Positions 1 through 6,009 of a stretch of DNA of 24,907 nt are shown piece after piece. Position 1 is the stretch's first letter, and the number at the start of each line of letters is the position of its first letter. The stretch spans positions 1-24,907 of the forward strand of contig CBRAFF010000001.1 of NCBI GenBank assembly GCA_967755155.1. The letters run 5' to 3'. The notes under the pieces were generated by a model. It was not told the origin of the DNA. It made no database searches and saw nothing but the letters and a program-made list of their open reading frames with translations. Position numbers and translations under genes: made by a program. Source of the DNA: an uncultured bacterium (GTDB lineage Bacteria; Acidobacteriota; Terriglobia; Terriglobales; Acidobacteriaceae).

Positions 1-192
1 CCAGGTGATGAGCAGGGTGCCGGCCGCGGTCGAGCCGTCGGCGCGATAGATGACGTCGCTGATGGTGGTGGTCGCCGGCGGCGTCTGCGGCGGTGGCGCG
101 CCGCGGGAAACACCCACGGCCACCAGTACCGAGATCAGGCAATAAAAAAGCCGCCCCGCAGGGCGGCCCGGATGGAGGTTCAGTCGTCTCAT
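1..192 (-). CDS. 5' part of a probable secreted protein (continues off the window)
   Basis: Read by hand from ATG at 192, open to base 1: MRRLNLHPGRPAGRLFYCLISVLVAVGVSRGAPPPQTPPATTTISDVIYRADGSTAAGTLLITW. Basic N-region, hydrophobic core, then a Pro/Thr linker. Not in the ORF track. Confidence 0.7.
   Translation of the reverse strand, partial: MRRLNLHPGRPAGRLFYCLISVLVAVGVSRGAPPPQTPPATTTISDVIYRADGSTAAGTLLITW
144..167 (-). terminator. Intrinsic terminator-like hairpin inside the 5' end of the CDS at 1-192
   Basis: Minus strand GCCGCCC-TGCG-GGGCGGC-TTTTTT: perfect 7-bp stem, 4-nt loop, U6 tract. Confidence 0.7.
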
Positions 193-305
193 TTGCTTTC
201 GTGCGAGAAAGGCTTTCGGATTCGAGGTCTTACCGTTGGGCGGACGTGTAGAAGCGGGGTTTCCCTGTTGCGTTCCTGCGAAAAGAGGCTGCGAGGGGCG
301 AGGCG

Positions 306-758
306 TTATTTCTGAGCGGCGGCGTAGGAGCGCATGAAGTCCTCCACGCTGCGCACGTACACGTGGGCGAAATCGGCGGCGTAGCGCCGCGTCTGGATGA
401 GGGTGCAAGCGTCGTTCAGCTCCCAGCCCTGGGCGCGCAGCACCGCCAGCGCCATCATGGGAGCGCGGTGCACGCCGGCCGCGCAGTGGATGAGGATCTT
501 CGACCGGTCCTGCTCCAGCGCCGTGAGCGCGAAGTCCACGCCCCGCTGGAAGAGTTCCGGAGGCTTGGGCTGGAAGTCGTCGTCCACCGGGTTCCACAGC
601 ACTTCAATGCCGTGAGGCTCGGCCAGGGGCGTGTCGTCGAACTCGATCTGCATGTCGATGACGTGGGTGATGCCGGCGCGGGCTACTTCCGCCATGCGCA
701 CCGCGTTCCAGATGCCCCCGCCGACCGCGATGCGGCCGGTGACCCAGCTCATGTCCAT
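306..758 (-). CDS. Dual-specificity / PTP-superfamily phosphatase
   Basis: P-loop HCAAGVHR (HCxxGxxR), upstream acid loop PVDDD, GITHVID motif; 150 aa. Confidence 0.88.
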   Translation of the reverse strand: MDMSWVTGRIAVGGGIWNAVRMAEVARAGITHVIDMQIEFDDTPLAEPHGIEVLWNPVDDDFQPKPPELFQRGVDFALTALEQDRSKILIHCAAGVHRAPMMALAVLRAQGWELNDACTLIQTRRYAADFAHVYVRSVEDFMRSYAAAQK

Positions 759-806
759 GAGTGCGTCCCGTGCGGAGCCATGGAACAGCCTCCGCGCGAA
801 GAAATG

Positions 807-1154
807 TCATTCTACAGGACGCTCGTCCTCCGCCGCCGCCGTTTCCTTCGCCATCTGGTCCACCGTTTCCAGGAACAGACGGGCCAGCGAGGGCTGCTCC
901 GCCTCGGACTCGGACTCGGACGGCAGCGAGGCCGCGGAGATCCCGGCAAAGTCGAACAACAGCTTGGCGTGCAGATGGCTGCCCTCCGCGGCCTTGCCGA
1001 TCATCGCCTGCACGATGGTTCCCAGGTTCCTGAACACCGCGGCCACCGCCTCGCGCGTGGCCTGCTGTGGTGAGCAAGGCTCCTGCGCGGGCGCGGGCGG
1101 GTGGTACTTGCCGTTTCCCGGCTGGTACTTGCCGTTTTTGGGCTGCTGGGCCAT
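807..1154 (-). CDS. Hypothetical protein, possibly terminase-small-subunit-like
   Basis: 115 aa with helical core IVQAMIGKAAEGSHLHAKLLFDFAGI and a 21-nt-period duplication (KNGKYQP/GNGKYHP; 15-mer at 1102-1116 and 1123-1137). The functional call rests only on position and weak resemblance. Confidence 0.6.
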   Translation of the reverse strand: MAQQPKNGKYQPGNGKYHPPAPAQEPCSPQQATREAVAAVFRNLGTIVQAMIGKAAEGSHLHAKLLFDFAGISAASLPSESESEAEQPSLARLFLETVDQMAKETAAAEDERPVE

Positions 1155-1174
1155 GAGAGGGCGAATGCCGATCC

Positions 1175-1203
1175 AAAAAGATGGGGCGCGACCGGCGCGC
1201 CCC
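1175..1203 (-). terminator. Terminator-like hairpin upstream of the 115-aa gene
   Basis: Minus strand GGGGCGCG-CCGGT-CGCGCCCC-ATC-TTTTT. The U tract is offset by 3 nt, so it is imperfect. Confidence 0.45.
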
Positions 1204-1234
1204 GCATGATTCCACTTTTTCCCTACTTAAGTTA

Positions 1235-1243
1235 AGGATAGCA
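1235..1243 (-). promoter_or_regulatory. Candidate extended -10 promoter element
   Basis: Minus strand TGCTATCCT fits TGnTAnnnT in an AT-rich patch; no clear -35. Confidence 0.3.
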
Positions 1244-1280
1244 GTTCGCCAGGGGGGAGAGGGCCACCTTGCGCCGAACT

Positions 1281-1754
1281 CTATTTCCTTTCCCCACAGC
1301 GCTTTGCGTGGTTTCCACCGTCTTCGCCCTCTTGACACGGCAAAGGACGCAGCAGTTCCGCCTCCAGGAACAGCTCGCTCAACCGGTCGAGCGCCCTGGG
1401 ATAGCGCCGCACCACGGTGCGGCGCCCGCAGCCTAGCAGCCCCGCCGTTTCCTCCAGCGTGTAGTCCTGGAAGACGATGCGGGCGATGAGCTGCTGCCCC
1501 AGCGGATCCAGCCGCGCCAGGCAGCTCTCGGTGTCGTGGACGAAGATGACCGCGTCCTCGAAGGTGTGCATGCGGTAGGAGGTCACGCGCGAGCGGAAGA
1601 ACTCGCGCCCCACCAACGAGGGCAGCCGCCCCAGCTCGATGGACATGCGGAAGTAGCGCCGCAGCAGCGCCCGCGTGCGGTCGCGGTAGAGGTGCAGGTC
1701 CTGAGCAGCGATGGCGGCTGCAGCGGAAGCTGAGGAGGAGGACGAAGGCTTCAT
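1281..1754 (-). CDS. Sigma-70 region-4-like HTH transcriptional regulator
   Basis: ATG at 1754 preceded by GGAGGTG; 157 aa. C-terminal QDYTLEETAGLLGCGRRTVVRRYPRALDRL fits a sigma region-4-type HTH. The ORF-track extension to 2021 is probably spurious. Confidence 0.72.
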   Translation of the reverse strand: MKPSSSSSASAAAAIAAQDLHLYRDRTRALLRRYFRMSIELGRLPSLVGREFFRSRVTSYRMHTFEDAVIFVHDTESCLARLDPLGQQLIARIVFQDYTLEETAGLLGCGRRTVVRRYPRALDRLSELFLEAELLRPLPCQEGEDGGNHAKRCGERK

Positions 1755-1924
1755 GCGCACCTCCCCGCATCCGCAGACGAGGCCGGCGCCATTTCTGCCC
1801 AGCGGCGCGCGCAGCCCTCGCAGTAGATGGCCTGGCTGCCCGCCGGCCGCAGCCGGATGGCGCCGCAGCCTTCGCAGTATTTGGGTTCCAGTGTGGTGAA
1901 AAGGGCGGGAGAAGATTCCTGCAT
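1751..1924 (-). CDS. Small zinc-ribbon protein (57 aa), absent from the ORF track
   Basis: AGGAGG-N6-ATG; MQESSPALFTTLEPKYCEGCGAIRLRPAGSQAIYCEGCARRWAEMAPASSADAGRCA. Two CxxC motifs; the TGA overlaps the next ATG (ATGA). Confidence 0.75.
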   Translation of the reverse strand: MQESSPALFTTLEPKYCEGCGAIRLRPAGSQAIYCEGCARRWAEMAPASSADAGRCA

Positions 1925-1964
1925 GGCAGACCTCCTGCGCCTTCCGGCGCGAAAGATGAAGCGG

Positions 1965-2052
1965 AAAACAAAAAAGCCCCACGTCGTCCCGCGGGTGTGT
2001 GATGGATGCCGGCGAGTACAACGGTCCGCAACCCGCGGGACGACGCCGGGCT
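1965..2052 (-). terminator. Long hairpin with U tract (terminator/attenuator candidate)
   Basis: Perfect 15-bp inverted repeat at 1982-1996 and 2031-2045, extended by AGCCC/GGGCT, with a 34-nt loop, then TTTTTGTTTT on the minus strand. Confidence 0.65.
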
Positions 2053-2091
2053 CGTTGGTGTTACGACGACCTGCTCGGGCTATTTAGTTAT

Positions 2092-2181
2092 TGAGCCATT
2101 TGGCCATCGGGTCATTGAGTCATTGAACGATCCCCGCAGCGGAGGTGAAATGACTCAATGGCCCGATGACTCAATGGCTCA
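2092..2181. repeat. 33-bp imperfect inverted repeat built from 8-nt units
   Basis: Arms 2092-2124 and 2149-2181 are 29/33 complementary; units TGAGCCAT/TTGGCCAT/CGGGTCAT/TGAGTCAT. Confidence 0.8.
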
Positions 2182-2182
2182 T

Positions 2183-2404
2183 TCACTCGATCATCCTCAC
2201 ATCCTTCCTCCGTGAGAAATATCCCTCCTCGTACCCGGATTTCAGCACCCGTCCGTTCTGCACCACCACGCTCAGGCGCCCGGTGAAGCGCAGCGCCAGC
2301 AGCAGGCGCTCGGTCGCGGCGGAGAGCACTTCCGACTCCCGCACTTTGCGGCGAAACTCCAGGAACTGCCGCTCGGCAGCGCCGGCTTCTTCTATCTCGG
2401 GCAT
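2183..2404 (-). CDS. Small hypothetical protein (73 aa), divergent from the repressor
   Basis: Lies downstream of a near-consensus promoter. LRFTGRLSVVVQNGRVLKSG loosely resembles DUF2292/YezD-type proteins; no HTH evident. Confidence 0.65.
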   Translation of the reverse strand: MPEIEEAGAAERQFLEFRRKVRESEVLSAATERLLLALRFTGRLSVVVQNGRVLKSGYEEGYFSRRKDVRMIE

Positions 2405-2454
2405 GAGGGCCTTTCCGAATCTGTGCTATACGGTATCATCTGTGTATATCTCTA

Positions 2455-2483
2455 CGTATAGACTCCGGCGCGCCCCTTGTCAA
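2455..2483 (-). promoter_or_regulatory. Sigma-70 promoter for the leftward operon
   Basis: Minus strand TTGACA-17 nt-TATACG. Confidence 0.6.
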
Positions 2484-2511
2484 GGACTTTATTCCCTTTG
2501 CGTTATTACAC

Positions 2512-2540
2512 TTGCATTCCTTATTGCCATTTGTTATAAA
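2512..2540 (+). promoter_or_regulatory. Sigma-70 promoter for the repressor (probably leaderless mRNA)
   Basis: TTGCAT-17 nt-TATAAA with extended TG; the ATG begins 6 nt after the -10; no SD. Confidence 0.6.
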
Positions 2541-2546
2541 CGGGAC

Positions 2547-3263
2547 ATGAAAGTCAAGGCCATGCAGGAGAACCTCCGCAAGCTGCTGTGGGGGCGCATT
2601 GAGGCGGGCGAACTCACCGGCCTCAGGCTGGCCCAGCAGACCGGCTTCAAGCAGGCTCACATCTCCAACTTCCTCAATCGCAAGCGCCAGCTGAGCATCG
2701 CCGGCATGGACAAGGTGCTCACGGTGCAGCACCTGTCGGCGCTCGACCTGCTCGACCCCGACGAGATCAACAAGCGCGCCAGCATCCTGCCCCCCAGCGA
2801 GGGCGACTTCGAGGACGTGCTGCTGGTGGAGGGCGAGGTGGCCGCCGGCGAGCCCCTCATCACCAACGAGAACGTGAAGGACATCCTCAAGTTCAAGAAA
2901 AGCTTCCTGGCGAAGCTGCGCGCCGAACCGGAGACGGTGCGCGACGACTGGCGCCGCTTCGTACTGGTGAAGGTGGACGCCCGCGACGGCATGAGCATGT
3001 ATCCCCGCCTGCTCCCCGGCTCCACCGTGTTGGTGGACCGCCACTACAACTCGCTCAAGCCCTACCACAAGGGCGAGCAGAACATGTACGCGGTGAAGAA
3101 GGAGGGCGGCTGCACGGTGAAGTACGTGGAACTGGCGGGCAAGAACCTGGTGCTGCGCCCCCACAACCAGGCCTATCCCGTGGACGTCCTGGCCATCGAG
3201 GAGGACAAGACCTTCGCCGACTACATCGTCGGCCGCGTCTGCCACGTGGCTATCGAGACCTGA
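2547..3263 (+). CDS. XRE-HTH / S24 peptidase repressor (phage CI-like, LexA-type autocleavage)
   Basis: HTH LTGLRLAQQTGFKQAHISNFLN; cleavage motif EVAAGEP (A100-G101); GMSMYP (S150); TVKY (K192). Alternative start at 2562. Confidence 0.88.
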   Translation: MKVKAMQENLRKLLWGRIEAGELTGLRLAQQTGFKQAHISNFLNRKRQLSIAGMDKVLTVQHLSALDLLDPDEINKRASILPPSEGDFEDVLLVEGEVAAGEPLITNENVKDILKFKKSFLAKLRAEPETVRDDWRRFVLVKVDARDGMSMYPRLLPGSTVLVDRHYNSLKPYHKGEQNMYAVKKEGGCTVKYVELAGKNLVLRPHNQAYPVDVLAIEEDKTFADYIVGRVCHVAIET

Positions 3264-3292
3264 GCGGGCGGGTAGCGCCGGCGGCAGCCAAT

Positions 3293-3320
3293 AAAAAACC
3301 GCGGCCGGAGCCGCGGTTTT
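3293..3320. terminator. Bidirectional intrinsic terminator
   Basis: AAAAAA-CCGCGGC-CGGA-GCCGCGG-TTTT between convergent genes. Confidence 0.85.
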
Positions 3321-3339
3321 CTTGTGTCTCGGATGTCTT

Positions 3340-3723
3340 TCAGCGGCGCCTTCGCCCGCCCTTCTTCTTCTTCGCGGCCTTCTTTTTTCCGCGCTTCTTT
3401 GCCGCCTTCTTGGGCCCGCGACGCGAGGACTTGGCCTTCTTCCCGCTCTTCTTCTTCTTCGCCGCTTTCTTCTTCTTCCCGGCTTTCCTCTTGGGGGCGG
3501 CCTTGCGCGCCGGGGCCGCAGGCTTGCTGCTCGTCGCCAGCCCGCTGCCGGGGACTGTGGTCATGGCCCCGCCGCGAGGGGTCACGGACGAAGGCTCGCC
3601 CCTCTCCTCCTCTTCTTCTTCTTCGTACTCCTCTTCCATGGAGTCATCGTAGGCGCCGATGTCGCCGTAGTCCTCCATGTCATCGTCGTTGCGGGCGTAG
3701 AGGGTCTTGTCGGGAACGCTCAT
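3340..3723 (-). CDS. Lys/Ala-rich histone-H1-like protein with an acidic N-terminus
   Basis: GGAGGAG SD before the ATG at 3723; 127 aa; D/E-rich first half and a KKKAAKKKK-type basic tail. Confidence 0.75.
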   Translation of the reverse strand: MSVPDKTLYARNDDDMEDYGDIGAYDDSMEEEYEEEEEEERGEPSSVTPRGGAMTTVPGSGLATSSKPAAPARKAAPKRKAGKKKKAAKKKKSGKKAKSSRRGPKKAAKKRGKKKAAKKKKGGRRRR

Positions 3724-3780
3724 ATCTCCTCCTGCGATCGCAGCCAGGCCCGCCGCTTCGCGGATGCCGGCCAAAAAGCC

Positions 3781-3810
3781 ACTATAGGCCGGGAACCCCC
3801 TCCGCGTAAA
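3781..3810 (-). promoter_or_regulatory. Proximal promoter of the histone-like gene
   Basis: Minus strand TTTACG-18 nt-TATAGT. Confidence 0.4.
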
Positions 3811-3887
3811 CCGGGCCGTTGGACTTTACATTTCGAGCCCGCCGGCGGGCCAGAAATCCCTACCTCCAACCCAACAGTCCCGCTGAA

Positions 3888-3923
3888 GTAGGGCTCCCTC
3901 TCCCGCTCCGCGGGATCGGGATG
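3888..3923 (-). repeat. CATCCYGA-family intergenic repeat
   Basis: Minus strand CATCCCGA...GAGGGAGCCCT matches the copy at 20873-20897. Confidence 0.55.
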
Positions 3924-3939
3924 TTCGAGAGAGGCGCGG

Positions 3940-3967
3940 ATTATAGCAACCGCGCTTGGCCTGTCAA
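3940..3967 (-). promoter_or_regulatory. Near-consensus sigma-70 promoter with a GC-rich discriminator
   Basis: Minus strand TTGACA-16 nt (ending TGC)-TATAAT-CCGCGCC. Confidence 0.65.
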
Positions 3968-3971
3968 CCGC

Positions 3972-5872
3972 TCAGGGTTGGCCGTGGATGACCAGCTTGT
4001 CGCCGGGCTGGAGCCGGCCGGAGGTGAGCTGGTTGTCGCGTCGCAACGCCTCGACCGTCGTCTTGTTGGCGGCGGCGATGCTGTAGAGCGTCTCGCCGGG
4101 CTGCACGGTGTGGACCCGCTTCCCGCCCGCCGAGGTTTGCGACCCGCTCGGGCTGCGGGACTTGGAGGACTTCGCCGGCCGCCCCCCGAGGCCCGGCTCT
4201 CCCCCACCGGGCGGTAGATCTTGAGCACCCGGCCGGGGCGCAGCTCGTTGCCCTTGAGGCGGTTCCACTTGCGCAGCCGCGAGGGCGGGACCCCGAAGTC
4301 GTCGGCCACCGAGAGCACGGTGTCGCCCTTGCGCACGCGGTAGCGCGTGGCGCGCTTGGAGAAGGCCATGCTCTCCGGGTCGTCCAGGCTGCGGCCCGGC
4401 GCGATGGGAAGGATGAGCTTGCTGTCGGGAGCGAGCTCGCTGCCCTCCAGGTTGTTGGCGTCGGTGATGGCGGCCGCGGTCGTCCGATATCGCTTGGCAA
4501 CGCTCGCCAGCGTGTCTCCGGGAGCCACCTTGTAGTAGCGCCACCACACCCGCTTGTCCACCGGGATGGCGGCGATGGCCGCCTGGTATTTGTCGGCCGT
4601 GCCCCCGGGCAGCTTCAGGTCGAAGGAGCCCTGCTTGGGCGTGGTCATGCGCAGCAGGCTGGGGTTCAGGTCCTGCAGCGCCTCCACCGAGCCGTCCACG
4701 CACTCCGCCACCAGGCGCAGGTCCACGGGATAGTCCACCGTCACCGTATCGATCTCCGGCGCGGACTCCGGGATGACGTTGTCCAGGCCGTACTGCGCCG
4801 GATTCTTGGCCACGATGGTGGCGGCGATGATGATGGGGACGTAGTTCTTGGTCTCGCGCGGCAGCGCGTCGCGGCGGTAGAGCTCCCAGAAGTCGGCGTA
4901 GCCGGTGCGCTCTACGCCGCGCTGCACGTTCCCCGGGCCCGAGTTGTACGCCGCCAGCGCCAGGTACCAGTCGCCGAACTGCGCGTACAGGTCCTTGAGA
5001 TGCCGCGCCGCGGCCCGCGTAGCCTTCTCCGGGTCCTGACGCTCGTCCACCCACCAGTTGCGCTCCAATCCGTATTCGCTGGCCCGGCTGGCCATGAACT
5101 GCCACATGCCTCGCGCCCCGGCGCGCGACAGCGCCAGGTTCCGGAACCCGGACTCCGCCTGCGCCAGGTAGATCAGGTCCTGCGGCACGCCCTCTTCCCG
5201 CAGGATGCGCGAGATCATCTCGCGATAGCGCCCGGCGCGGGTGAGCGAGTTCACCGCCGTGTTATGCCCCTTGGTGCTGCGGGAAAAGAAGTTCACGTAG
5301 CTGGCGACGATGTCATTCATCACCAGCGGCAGGTCGGACGGGGTGGTCCTCACGTCCGCCGCGGCCTGGGCGGCGAGGTTCGGGTCCACCGGGAAGGTGA
5401 TCTCACTGGCCTCGTCGATGGGCGCCGGTTCCGAGTTCTGCTCGCTGAAGCCGTCGCCTTCCTTCAGCGCCAGCAGCTCCAGCCCATGGACTCCCTCCAC
5501 GATCTTCTCGAACTCGTCCTGCAGCCGCCGGTCGGAGCGCACCGGCACCGGGCCTTCCAGCAGCAGGGTCACCGCCCGGTCGAAGTTCTGTTTGGCGGCC
5601 TCCAGGTGTCCGGCGCGGTAGTTCTCCTGCCCCGCCTGGTACTCCTTTTCCGCCTGGGCGATAAGGACTTCCACCTGGTCCGCCTTGAGCGCGGGCTTCG
5701 CCTCCGGCTTGGGAGGCGGAGCGGGCGCGGCGGATGCCTGGAGCGTGGGAGCGGTGGCCGCGGGCGGCGGCGTGGCGGTCTTCCGCTTGCTCTCCGTGGT
5801 CTCGCAGGAGGAAAGCCCCAGGACCAGGCCGCCGAGAACGGGCAACAGATATGGTTTCCGCAGCGTCATCAC
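3972..5872 (-). CDS. mltD: MltD-like lytic transglycosylase lipoprotein with LysM domains, frameshifted near 4182-4205
   Basis: Lipobox LSSC; SLT motifs AESGF, GARGMWQFM, AAYNSG; two LysM domains in frame. A third LysM (HTVQPGETLYSIA) is in another frame ending at 3972. Confidence 0.88.
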
Positions 5873-5930
5873 CTCAGAGGTTCAGCGGCGCCGGTGGCCG
5901 GGCCAGAGTCGAGGAAAACCAAGTGCCGGC

Positions 5931-5960
5931 ATCGTACTATGCTCTGATTTGACGGGTCAA
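5931..5960 (-). promoter_or_regulatory. Candidate mltD promoter
   Basis: Minus strand TTGACC-18 nt-TACGAT. Confidence 0.35.
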
Positions 5961-6009
5961 TCGTCCCGCGGTGAGCGGGATCACACGCGAACCACGAAGG
6001 AAAACGCGC

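Noticed and set aside
193-305. Riboswitch (e.g. c-di-GMP-I) in the GAAA-rich intergenic region
   Set aside because: Only short hairpins (CTTTC/GAAAG); the conserved aptamer core is not present.
604-2031. 475-aa minus-strand ORF across the cassette
   Set aside because: Arg/Ala/Gly-rich off-frame read-through overlapping four better-supported genes and two terminator-like hairpins.
2166-2546. N-terminal extension of the repressor ORF to 365 aa
   Set aside because: Overlaps the divergent 73-aa gene and both promoters; the HTH begins after 2547.
1-3320. Host SOS box (GTTC-N7-GTTC reported for Acidobacterium LexA) in the cassette promoters
   Set aside because: No match with the right spacing found by eye, so direct control by host LexA is unsupported.
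3790-3935. 6S RNA, SRP RNA or tRNA
   Set aside because: No T-loop/CCA, no SRP GGAA-loop motif and no convincing 6S central bubble by eye. Kept only as a generic structured leader.
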